Assembly: GCF_037042905.1 (NCBI RefSeq)
Contig: NC_087251.1
Location: forward strand, 46,812,001 to 46,876,000
Source: Lytechinus pictus
Lineage: Eukaryota
Length of the DNA stretch: 64,000 nt
Reading direction: 5' to 3'
Part shown: positions 52,576 through 64,000 of the stretch, piece by piece
Position numbering within the stretch: the stretch's first letter is position 1
Layout of the letters: each line of letters opens with the position of its first letter
Notes under the pieces: model-generated
Database searches by the model: none
Told to the model about the DNA's origin: nothing
What the model saw: only the letters and a program-made list of their open reading frames with translations
Made by a program: the position numbers and the translations under genes

Positions 52576-55500
52576 TTATATTCTTCTCCCGATCCTGATG
52601 TTGGGGTTGTTCATGGGGTCGAGTAGGGGGTCCGAATTCGCTGATGCTCTGCCGACCGACGTCATGATGATGACGAAGGTGAAGAAGGCAAGAAGACAGA
52701 TGAGGAGCAGCACGGCGATCCTCTTGATCTGGGCGTTGGAGTCGACTGGTTTCCTACTGCTTGTTCTTGATCTGAAAAAGAAGAAAACCAATTAATAATC
52801 AGATTTTATTTTCCAAATCAACAATCCCCATTGCCATTGAACTCCAGTGCTACTGCTACAACAGGCATTACTTTCACAGGAGTGGTGCAACAGTTCAATG
52901 ACGAGAGGGGAGGGAGCGGTTGATTGTACAAGAAAAAGAATAGGTGTGTGTAAATAGTGTTGAGAATAAAAGAATGGAAGGATTGGTGATGAGTGAGACT
53001 GGTTGCATTTGTGAGAGTTTATAGGAGCAACGTGATTGCTTGCTCACTCTTGACCCACTTATGTGTAAAATTGGTTTTTCCCCTCTCTCTTCTTTATCTA
53101 AAAAAATACATGTAATTCCCCCCCCCCCCAATCCTTTAAAAAAAAATACTTTAACCTTTAATCTGACATTGCGTTATTCTTTCGTCATGATATGTGTTGT
53201 ACTTCATATTTTGTATTGTACAGAAAAAACTGTGCATGTACTGCCTGCGGTCTGCAACATGCAATATTTCAAGAAATCCTTTTGAATTCTATTAGTTACA
53301 CCCTGCTTGTTCACGTAATATCGAACCAGAACATAGATATTACCCGTATTACGTAAGAACAAGCAGGGTGTAACGATTTTACCTCTTTAAGTGTCCCCTT
53401 ATATTATAGCGGAATATGCAAAACCATGTATTTTGAGAATGATTTTTGAAAGGAAGTCATTCATTACATCACAATGATCACAGTAAAAAGAATGCACCTT
53501 TTGCCATTGAAACTGATGCACAAATAGTAGTGCGCAGTGCGATGCTTAGATACGCACTTAATACGGCTTCATATTACATGGTTGAAATCAGCACTGGGCA
53601 TGCGCCTAATAATGAAAACAACAGCTAAACACTAAACAGGTAATACTTGCTCATATTACCAGTTTGATCTTTGTGACCCAGTAAAATAGGTAAATACGGG
53701 TTTGTCTCACAAACAAAATCGACCAATCAGATTACAGAATTCATGAGAAATATGGCCCACCCCATTATGGGGTGTTGCAAGAAACTTACGATCAATTGCA
53801 AGTCTATTTTTGTTTCCTAAATCAATCATATGTCTTGCAGTTAATTGCAAATTAGTGATTGATTGCTAATCTGCTCCTTGAACCAAGAAGTTTAATCTGA
53901 TTTGCTACAGCTAACATTGATCTATCAATTGTAAAATTGCAACAGAATATTTGCAATTGATCGCAAATATTTTCTTGCAACACCCCCTAAGGGGGTGTTG
54001 CAAGAAAAGAGATAAAATTCAATATCTTAGAGATAAAATTCAATATTATTGCCACTTGTACTGCAGCTTCTTCTAATTCTCCTATAAATATATCTACTCA
54101 ATTTTCTGTAGCTGTTAGATTTTCTGAAGTTGGTGCTACCACTGATATCAACATTTAAGCACAGGGTTCCCGGCGATTCAAGAAAACAAATTCCCTGATT
54201 TTTCCTATTTTCCCTGATGAAGTTTAAAAATTCCCTGATTATTATTGAAACCCATTCCCAGTTTTGCATGTTTTCTAAGTTGTTGTAGTGAATTACATGT
54301 ATTTTCAGTATAAAAAACAATGATGTGAAACTTATTAGTACCACCATAACAAGTCATTCAATGGATGTTATTTTGATATTCAACAAAATATAACAGAGTC
54401 TGACTGACTACCGTGCTTTCGACTTTTGGGCCGATCAAAATTCCCTGATTTTAGGCATTTTCCCCTGATTTGAGGTATTTTTCATCAAATTCCCTGAATT
54501 TTCCCCGACTGGAAAAAAAGTAAAATAATTTCCCCTGATAGGCTGGGAACCCTGAAGCAGCAATCTGGAGTATGACAAATCTTACTTGAACCATCTTGCA
54601 AACCAGTGAAGAGCACTCCTCCTCTTGTACTTGTCTTTGTCATGATCTTGAACGATGTCTACAATCATTTCCTCCTTCCTTGTATCATATACTCTGTGCT
54701 CTGTTAAGTGGAAATAAATTTAATAGTTTCTGATTCAGGCATACAGCTCCAGTTTTTATATTTTCTCATTTCAAACAAAACGAAGTACAAAATCCATTAC
54801 AAGTATCAGGAAAATCAATACTTAGATTAGGATATATGCAACATAAAATACGAACAACTTTAGAACGATAAATCTTAAACAGTAAATTAAAAATTCACTT
54901 GATTGTTGATACAAATAATGATAAAAAAATTAAAATAGAATTCACTTTCATCATTTTGTACTTTGCAAAATAGAAAACAATGCAAGAGCTTTAGCAATCT
55001 TACATACAGCATATCTCCTGATTGGAATATAATTTGATTACATTTGCGGCACTTGACAAATAATCGAATGAGACATATTTGCAAGATACTTTTGAAATTC
55101 AAAAAGATTTTAAAAGAAGATACAATTCTAGAAATCTCTTTTAAAACCCCCTAATTTTTCTTTTCAGTCAAATATTTTCTCAAACTTTCACTAATCCTAT
55201 ATTCTATCCTCTAATTAAAAACAAAAGAAGAAACACTGATCTAATTTCATATCTAGTGAAAAAGAACATAACGTAACATACCAGCTCCACCACCACTTGC
55301 GAACTGCTTGTCCGACCTGGTGTGTGGCCCAACGCTCTCCACTGCTGATGTCCCAGTCGACCCCACCCCTAAGGCTGCTGGTTGCCTCGGCTGCGGTCTC
55401 GTCGTCTGACCATAGCTCCCTCTTGAGACAGGGGCGGGGGCAGCCTGCTGGGGAGAGACTACAGCTATTGCAGTTGGGGAAGTTGCTGGTATGGAATCAA

Positions 55501-58500
55501 AGGACTGAGTTGCTGCTGGTAATGTAGATTGTGTGTAGGCTGGGATGTCTTTCTTAGGCTCTTCAATCTGTAAGTGATCGTGAAAATCAACACAAAGCTG
55601 TAAGAACAATTCCACAGATTTATATCTTATTTTGTCCACATCAACAAAGCTACTGGCGAACGTTCCATCGACACTCTACAGCAATGCCAAGTAATAGGAC
55701 GGAACACATTTTTAATGGGCAAGGTCCGAGTCCGACATGCCACTTCCATGGGTCAGCTTCACCTTGTAGTTGCAGTAATCACCCTTACCCCCTCTTCCTC
55801 TGCCAGAATGCATTCTCCATCATAAACCCAAACCTCCTGTTCTCTTGCTCCATTTGCTTCTTTCATCCATTCCTCCTTTGAACACATCCGGCAGAGGCGG
55901 CAGAACGTCAGGCTCATACAATGAAAGTGGAGAGGCACTTATTGTTTGGCAGACAAAAGGTGCCCCTCCACTTTCTTTGTCCAAGCCTGATGTTCCGCCG
56001 CCTCTGACATCAGGAGAGTGTTACAGAAAAGGACTTGTCGGACGATTTATCTGACAAGTCCTGTTTTATCCCACAGTTACCATGCACTAACAAGGCTTCT
56101 CAGCCAATCAAAATCGGGGAAAGTTGTCTCATCGAATGACATGTTGGATGAAATTATTGATGAAACATTCCCTAGTAGAAATGGAGAGCCTCGAAGTGTT
56201 ACACCAACTTGTAATGAAATTAATAGGGTACAAATAATCTGGAAGACAAGTGCTCATCTTTTATTTTCACATTTATTAGAGTGGCAAACATTCTTTTATG
56301 TCACAAAAAGTACATTTCATGGCTACATAATCATCTACGAGCATGCCTGGTGCATTAATCTGATGCCTCCGCAGCATACGTACATCTGCATATAAATCGT
56401 GTCAATTATGAATTATGACACTACTCTCCTCCAACGACAAATCGAAGCAACTCTGTGGAATGAGTTTCTTAGTAAATGAGGAAAATGTGTCATTGCTTTT
56501 ATGTGGAAAATACTGGTTTATTGGGAGTTACTTGCTTTAGAAATATCTACACTTGACAAATTGGGATTGTGTGACTCCAATTCCTTTAACATCACAGTAA
56601 AGCGACCAGAAAATATCTTAAATCAAGAAAAAACAACAGAGTTCTTTCCTTTTGTCAGAGTACGACAGAACACTTGTCAACTAAAAAAATCTGTTGGCAG
56701 CAAATGCTTAAGGGGAAGACCTGTCTCAATGCTATGCTTTTGGCAAAGGAGTGAGTTGGGATAGAAATGGGCCACTGCACTATTGTGAAAATGTTAACAT
56801 TGCCTTGATGGGAGATCCCATAGCCCAGTAGGTAGAGCACTGGTTGTGCATGCCAGGGTCCTAGGTTCAAATGATTTTAAAACATTTTTTTCCTCTACCG
56901 TACTTTAACTCCTTCCAATAATGATGGCAGGAAGTGGGGCGACTTACTCTTTAAAACAAGGATTAATTCCGATCGATACTATCGCCAAATTTTACGCACC
57001 AAATACCAAAATAGGCCCTTGACAGCATCATTTCCTGTGCGCGCATGAGGCGTGCATGTAGCCATCGTATGATGTGATTGCAATGCCCGTGCTGATCTGG
57101 GGTTTCATCTACCTGGTTTTCGCCGCCTTTCCTGCATTCGATTTTCAGAAAAGACAGAATGGAGTTATTTCTAATGCGGCGTTTTCAGGTTGGATCTATT
57201 GTGCCAAAAGGTGAGGAATTTTCACAAATTATACAAAACACCATGAAGGATGACAAGAGTGTGAATTCTCATACTGGCAAGTTTGTTGTGCAAGCGTTTT
57301 TGCAAATAAATGCTTAAACAGGGAATGGGATTGAACATAATTTGTGATGAATGCTTGGTAATCTAGCCTGCTGGCATGTACAGTGGATTGCGTGAGTTGC
57401 CTTGCTTTGGCGTAGGAACTTGATGATTTATAGGAGCCTACTGCGAAGTAGTAAGTACAGGGCTAATCATTGCCTCAAACGGTGCCCAAAGAGCTCAGCT
57501 TCATTTAGAGCACTGGTCCTGCAAGCCTGGGTCCTGGGTTAAGGTGTACATTTCATAGAGACTTATAACTATTATAACTTTGCCATTTTGGAACTGCAAT
57601 GGAAACATTGATTGTCACTGGCTGCTGATCCCTGTTACCATGGTAGTAGCCATAATGGCAAAGTTACAAAAATTGTGGTTCTTAATGGAACAGCCTCCAG
57701 ATCCCAGTCAGGGCAGTGTAATTTTCTAATATTAAGTTCTATGATTATTTCCTACCCTACAAATTATGATACTTATAATTTTACAATACGAAAACATTTT
57801 TCTTCATTTGTTTTGTTTTTCTTTTTGCAGGAAACAAAAACAAACTTACCAACGACAGTCCTAATCCTGCTCTTGCCCAGTTGACCGTTGCTAGATATTT
57901 CCGGAGTGTCTCAGCGACAGGTGATATCATGTTGGGGCTTGGGAATATGCTGACGTTACAGGTCGGACATGTGTAGCCTGCTGGTGCAGTGTTGGAAGGG
58001 AAGTTCCTCGCATAGGCATCCAAGCATTCCCAGTGAAACACATCTGTGAATAAAAAGATTGAAAGCGGAATAGAGAAAATAAAAGTACAACTACACATAT
58101 AGTTCTGAAATGCAATTTACAGGGTCATGTGGTCTAATGATTAGAAAATTGGACTCATGATCGTGAGGTTGTGAGTTTCAATCCCCGCTTGGCCATTATC
58201 TCCCCTTTAACCAAAAGGGCCATAGAGTTATTTCTGTTGTCTATGAAGTCAGCCACTATGACTGATTAACATAAAATTGGTTATTGACCAACTTTGCATT
58301 TGATGTGGCGGAAAGCTGCCCCAAGTTCCTATGGGAATGACTTCAATAGAAACAGAAAATACATTGCACTTCAGCAAAGTACGTCAGCTATAAAGTTGAC
58401 TGTGAGTGACACCAGTCCATCCACACTAAAATAAAAATATCAATAACTTGGTTCCTTGTATTTGAATTCAAAACATGACAGGTCTATGGTAAAAAATAAA

Positions 58501-58720
58501 AGAAAAAAGGGAGTAAACTTGAAGTGCATTACAACAAAATTTGTGAATATTAAAGACATTCAGTAAAAATTGCCTCTTGTTGAAAATGGAGTAGTAGGTC
58601 TTACTTACCATAACATAACAATCTAACCACATCGCCATCTGCCAATTCATTATCACACAATGAACACTTTGTACTGTAATCACTATCTTGTAGCCATTGA
58701 AGATATGACTTCACAATACA
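52576..58720 (-). CDS. ZFPL1: Zinc finger protein-like 1 (cis-Golgi tail-anchored protein); first coding exon lies beyond the window end
   Basis: Exons 58720-58609 ([23 protein letters not shown]), 58043-57850 ([33 protein letters not shown]), 55567-55282, 54700-54586 ([23 protein letters not shown]) and 52771-52576 (TM helix, [15 protein letters not shown]). All GT-AG and phase-consistent. Confidence 0.96.
53769..53987. mobile_element. Palindromic MITE in a ZFPL1 intron, followed by a second truncated start
   Basis: ggggtgttgcaagaaa ... tttcttgcaacacccc, then gggggtgttgcaagaaa again at ~53991. Confidence 0.75.
54162..54554. mobile_element. MITE with CAGGGTTCCC TIRs and a 5-bp TSD (hAT-like)
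   Basis: aagca|cagggttccc ... gggaaccctg|aagca; internal aaattccctga repeats. Confidence 0.85.
56014..56172 (+). mobile_element. Diverged copy of the MITE family found inside the transposase at 61499
   Basis: Shared ggacttgtcggacg.tttat..gacaagtcc..tatcc.acagttaccat..gccaatcaaaatc..ttgatgaaac. Confidence 0.8.
58121..58330 (+). mobile_element. tRNA-derived SINE, same family as the copy at 12239
   Basis: gggtcatgtggtctaatgattag..gtgagtttcaatccc..cattatctcc..gtcagccactatgactgattaa. Confidence 0.75.
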
Positions 58721-60171
58721 CTGAAAAGAACAGAAGAATATATTAAATTACATTCACATTATTTTTAATGATTTTAAAAATTACAGAATGTTATCACAAA
58801 TTTCATAAAAAAGAAATATGAAAGCATCATGACTCGGGAATAATTTTTCTGGGATTACATCACAATTTTCTCTGAATTTGTATGACTGATACAATACAGG
58901 TTTTGAAGAGAAGGGAAAAGAGGGGTTGATAGAATATACACATTAATTACCGTGCGTTAAATCGTTGAAAAGGTGGATAAAGAACGATAAATAGACAGTA
59001 TCTATATTCAGTGAATAGAAATGCCAAGAGTAAAAAATATTTAGAATTAACGGCAGACCTATTCTCACTAAATAAACAATTTGCGTAGGAATACATGCCT
59101 AAATAAACAAATTCAAGTCATTCATGTAGATGACAAAATAAATATAAATAGGCATATCACCAAATGAACATCTCGGAAAATAGTAAAGGTATAGGGCCTA
59201 CTACTGACTCAATAAATAGCTCGAGTTTGGGCTGCTGACGTCATAATAGAGCCAGTTACTACTCTCGTAGGTGTGAAGCTATTTTTTTCTCAATGGCATC
59301 TACACGTACATGATATCGTATGTTACATGTGTGTAGGTATGCCTAATTCAGTGGAGATGTAAATTTCAATGCCCGTTACGATGATTGACGTTTGGACTGG
59401 CCCGTTTGTAGAGGATGTTTTGGATACATGGCAAAAATGTGTTTGCCTCGTGAAATACCCCCTCCCCCTTGAAAGTTAAATCAAATGTCTTACCGTTTTT
59501 CTATAATTTAGTGTTTTGCTAATATAATTAATAAATCCCATGCATTGAAAGTTCACTTTGAAATAAGGATTTATGGATAGGCCTATGATACACATTCAAA
59601 CTTCACATGTATTGTTAATTTAATGGAGAATCAAATAGCCTAAATCACTATAATGAATATGCATGTTGTGATATGTATAAGGTAGACTTATTCTTGGAAT
59701 AAAAGTGTGTAAATAGATCAGAACAATTCGTGTGTTGGATGTAAACATCTCTCGGGAGGGGGGGGGGGGTCAGTTGCCGCCAAAACTTGCTGGAAGTGAG
59801 AACATCGCACAGGTGCATGTATGCAGGAATATTTCATTCATGAAGATTCATGTATATTACATCTCTGGGTGAAGTGTGTGTCTCTCATTCATTTTCAGTT
59901 ACACACTGTTTGTGGGAAATGAATAAGTTATGTGATTGGTCGATTCTGCGCATGATTAGAAGTTGGAAAATACTGCACACTGATTTGTCTATTCAGTAAC
60001 TCCATTTGACCAATGAAAACCTGTAATATTGTCACGACATTGATTGATTGACAACTGATTCACTAGCTCTCTACTCATGATTATTCATAAGAATCTCGAT
60101 AACCTTATTATCAATCTGGCGCGTGGCTCACCAGTAGCTATTATCTTTCTGAATATTACAACTGCCATAAA

Positions 60172-60514
60172 ATGTCAACCAGGAATTGACAAATATATTT
60201 ACTTTGGAGTGATATTCAGGATATCATCGGAGAGGCAAATGTATGGCCGAGAAGAATTAGAAGATATTTTTGGAATAAGAATCGAAGACATTGGAAAAGG
60301 TGTTTAGTTCGTTTTTGTCAACGGCCTGAATCCCATAGTATTCATGGAATGGGCTAACCTGTACGGGTTATGCCGAGATAGAGCAGCTGTTTTGCACTTT
60401 GAAGCTCTGTCTCGCCTTTCCGAAGGAGGAAGAAACTATCGGATATATGCATGGAATATTTCGACAAAGCGGTATGAATACCTAAATGGTCAACCTAAAT
60501 ACTACCACATAAAG
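60172..60514 (+). pseudogene. Decayed small (~113-aa) Trp/aromatic-rich accessory protein upstream of the transposase
   Basis: MSTRN*QIYLLWSDIQDIIGEANVWPRRIRRYFWNKNRRHWKRCLV, frameshift at ~60309, then FVFVNGLNPIVFMEWANLYGLCRDRAAVLHFEALSRLSEGGRNYRIYAWNISTKRYEYLNGQPKYYHIK followed by a GTAAGT donor. The TGA at 60187 is plausibly a CpG-decayed CGA. Confidence 0.65.
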
Positions 60515-60703
60515 GTAAGTTTTATTCTGCAAATCTGTTTCAATGCATTTAGGTCTATATGAATATTCATAAGCCCCATTTAGTTTTTGGTATAGGTAGG
60601 CGTTGTCAAATTATGTAGATCTTTGCCTGAGTGAGTGATACTGATTACGGTTCCCGCCAATTTGATTCACTTCACACTAAGTCGTCGATGTAAGATCATC
60701 AAC

Positions 60704-62249
60704 ATGACTTGGTCAAAGCGAGAGCAATCCAACATCGGATTACTAAATTTTCACAACCCATTTTCTTTTCACCTGCTTTTAGCCCAGATGTCTTGTACAA
60801 ATGGTTAAAGGAGAATCATTTCATTGCATCACAAATATTTTGTGAAGTTTGCAAGAAACCTTGCAAGGCAATTAAGAAAGTGGGAAGGAAAGGAGGCAGA
60901 TGGCCTCACGAGAAGAGTTATTCCGGCCACAAGTTTTCCTATTTTGAGGGAACTCATTTTGATGTCCGGGAGATACTAATCTTTTTGAGAGAGTGGATCT
61001 TGGGATCTACACTTCACCGCTGTGCTGTTGAATCCGAAATGGATTACAAGAACTCCGCCGTGGACTAGGCAAATTTCCTCCGGAAGTTCGTCCATGATCT
61101 GTATTATGAGTCAAAAACTTCGCGGGGAAGTTGAGATCGACGAGAGCTTGTTCAGGAGGCGAACCAAGTTCCATAGGGGAGATCCTCGCGAACTGAAAAT
61201 ATGGATCTTCCGGATGGTCGAAAGATCTTCAAATAGGATCGTTCTCTACCCAGTTGAGAAAAGAGACGAGAACACTCTGCTGCCATTGATCAAACGACGT
61301 GTGGAAAAGGGATCAACAATCTACTCGGATGGATGGCATGCCTATTATAGGTTGAACGAGATCAGGTATTGTCATTTTACCGTTGAGCACTCCCGACACC
61401 TTTGTGCAGAAGTATCGAGACATGGCAACAGGAGAGGCAAACACCGTTCATACTAATACGATAGAAGGTGCCTGGAAGCAAGGGAAAGACCACTTCTGGG
61501 GAGCGTTTCATGAAAGGACTTGTCGGACGTTTTATCCGACAAGTCCCATTATATCCGACAGTTACCATAGTAACAGTGCGGCTCTGCCAATCAAAATCAA
61601 GGAAAGATGTCAGATCTGACAACTTGTCGGACAAAAATGTTGATGAAACGCCCCCCAGGAGAATGAATGGGTGCAAAGCATCGACATTCGAATCTCATCT
61701 CTGTGAAGTGATATGGAGAAACAGGAATGCGGCAAGCAAACGCCTGCATTCATGGATTTGATCAGGGATCACTATCATCCCAGAGGAAAACCCGACAAGA
61801 AGGACAACCTCATGAGAGAGGAATCAACGAGCGAAGCCCCTGCCCGGATAGATTCTCCGCCAAGAGAACTAGTAGCTTCACCAGAGAGAGCATCGCCCCC
61901 ATTGCCTCCAAGAGACGTTCCCGGACTGTCAGGCATCCGTCCACAAGCCGCATCATCCGTGCATTCGTCATCCTCGACTCCCACCGTCAAGCACGTCCTC
62001 TCCTCGCTGAGTTCTAGCATCGCTAGTCCGCTTCGTGTAACATCGCCATCTTTCGGCCGAAGCAAGAAAGGCAAGGGGAAGAAGAAGCATAGAAGTGACA
62101 CTGTAACTGGCACATTACATCATCCTCCCGGCTTTGTACCCATCGACAAGAAAGAGAAAACCAAACCTTAGAAGGACAAGAGTGTAAATCTGTATGAAAG
62201 GCAAAACTTCGTTGCAGATTCAGGATCAGACGACGATTATTTCCAGTAG
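60704..62249 (+). pseudogene. ISXO2-like / IS1595 (Merlin) DDE transposase pseudogene
   Basis: N-terminal CxxC (CEVC), SAVD*ANF (TGG>TAG), VEIDES (D), WIF.MVER, RDENTLLPLI, GSTIYSDGW..Y (D), HFTVEHS, VHTNTIEGAW (E), FESHLCEVIWRN. Several frameshifts and stops, a MITE insertion, and a Ser/Pro/Lys-rich C-terminal tail. Confidence 0.93.
61499..61655. mobile_element. 157-bp Harbinger-like MITE inserted in the transposase
   Basis: ctg|gggagcgtttcat ... atgaaacgccccc|cag; removing it restores KDHFRRMNG. Confidence 0.9.
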
Positions 62250-63427
62250 ATGAGTTCCAAAAAAAAATTTGTGTTTGTGTTTGGAGTTTTAATTCAGACT
62301 GGATTTTGAAAATTACACGCCTATTTTTGTGGCAATTGGAGTTTGGAAACTTTTTAGTAATGACTTTGAAGAACAGAATTGTTGGATTTGACTGCTCTCA
62401 TGATCATATGGATATGAATTTGGAGCTAATTCGCATTTTGGCATTGATCATCGTCATAGTTACTCATCAGGAATAATGTAGATTCATAATATACATTATA
62501 TATATATTTCTGGAAGATAATTTAGAAGATATGTAAATAGTAATGCGTGATTATATTAGCTTGTGAAAGGGATCTGTGCATTTTGTAAATATTTTTATAT
62601 CATTTAATTTTATTCATGAAAAGTATAATCTTAAATTAAAGCCCAGCTTTTCTGATCTATCACAGTTCAATTTATTCAGTAAGATAACCAATGGGACAAA
62701 TATCAGACTTAATCATTTTTGTTAAATTTTATTTTTCAGGATCTCTTTTGGCAAGGCCCCAGTTAATAACGATACGTGCCTCTACATTCTTCCCCTCAAC
62801 TTCTGACAGCAACAATTTTCAGAAAAGCTAATTAATCATCCGGAATATCATTGCTAGGTAAGTTAGAAAACGAAATGAAATTGCCTTACATTCATTTAGT
62901 CAGTGACACTCACGCTACTTAAACTTTTCAATGAGCTTCAATTAGACCCTACTAGTAAACTGATCGAGGGTTTTGTTTTATTTTGTCGGCAAAGTTAAAA
63001 TGGAATTCTCGATTCCTACAAGTAATTAAATTTGTGTAATGGAATTCATTTAGTTGTAATTGGACAATCATTTTCTCATTTTCTAAAAGTGAAAAAAAAA
63101 AATTTCTTACATTTAGGCCTGAATTTATTATATATGCACCTTGTATTAATCTTCAATTTATTTAGTTCGTTGTCAGTTTTGTCAGTAAAAGGAAAACGTG
63201 ATTGTTCTGCGTATAGATATGGGATTTTACTTCTTTATATAATTTTCTCTGCCGGTTTGCAGGACCCTTTGATGAGTTGTGACTTCAGCCGACCAGAACG
63301 ACGTGATCCCCATGACAACCGCCACAACCTCCTGTGAGCTCTGCCGTTCACCGCGCTGGCAACTGGAGAATTTGAGAAGGAACGATTAACAATCAAAGGG
63401 TAGTTTTTTGTACTCCTTTTTAGGTAA

Positions 63428-64000
63428 TCCACTTAAAATAGATCAATTCAAACTGTCTATATATTTATCCTCCTTTTTTACTCCACTTTTTATCGAAATT
63501 ATGCACGGTAATTAACCTGTATATTAATTACATCAACCCCTCTTTTCCCTTCTCTTCAAAACCACTGTGCTACTTTTGGCCAGTAGGCTATCCACTAAAT
63601 AAATCAATTCAACTCTCTATATACTTATCCTCCTTTTTTTACTCCACTTTTTCAACGAAATTATGCACGGTAATTAACCTGTATTCCATCAACCCCTCTT
63701 TTCCCTTCTCTTCAAATTCTCTCTGTCACTTTGGCCAGTACGCTACTTGTCCTCCTTTTTTACACAAATTTTAAACCAAATTACGCACGGTAATATATTC
63801 CATCAATCCTCTTTTCCTTTCTCTTCTAAACCACTCTGCCACTTTTAGACAGTAGGCTATCCACTAAATAAATCAATTCAACTGTCTATATGCTTATCCT
63901 ACTTTTTGACTCCACTATTCAACCAATACTACGCACGGTTATTAACTGGATATTCCATCAACCCCTCTTTTCCCTTCTCTTCTAAACCACTCTTCCACTT
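63428..64000 (+). repeat. ~150-160-bp tandem repeat array (about 4 units, one shortened; continues to the window end)
   Basis: Recurring atccact..aatcaattcaact.tctata..ttatcct..gcacggtaattaac..catcaacccctcttttcccttctcttc..aaccact. Confidence 0.92.

Larger units (their letters stand above)
58899..64000 (+). mobile_element. Large decayed Merlin/IS1595-family DNA transposon with accessory sequences, inside a ZFPL1 intron; boundaries approximate and it runs off the window
   Basis: Transposase pseudogene at 60704-62249, upstream small ORF, downstream exon-like segments, and one inverted repeat unit at 58899-59000 matching the array at 63428-64000. Confidence 0.7.

Noticed and set aside
60704..62249. 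Bacterial IS1595 contamination or recent horizontal transfer
   Set aside because: It is embedded in a ZFPL1 intron, decayed, and interrupted by a MITE family present elsewhere in this window; this fits an endogenous Merlin element.

Overview
AT-rich, intron-containing animal genomic DNA. The repeat landscape (G-string MITEs, tRNA-derived SINEs, CR1-group and Penelope retroelements) suggests an echinoderm, probably a sea urchin; this is inference, not proven. Five host-type genes were reconstructed by hand from splice sites and exon phase. (1) A compact multi-exon non-RD protein kinase (+, ~264-4514). (2,3) Two divergently transcribed two-exon orphan genes (-, 16768-21458; +, 33738-40569) that look like distant paralogs. 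(4) A three-exon, 119-aa, 3-TM gene (+, 45027-47437) resembling TMEM262/CATSPER-eta. It lies tail-to-tail with (5) ZFPL1 (-, 52576 to beyond 58720), the same neighbourhood as in mammals. The ZFPL1 intron above 58720 holds a large decayed Merlin/IS1595-family (ISXO2-like) DNA transposon. It has a small accessory ORF, probable cargo exons and ~150-bp repeats in opposite orientation on its two sides. A 5'-truncated Penelope-like element with a hammerhead-like motif sits in the intron of gene 3. All calls come from reading the sequence; no database searches were run.
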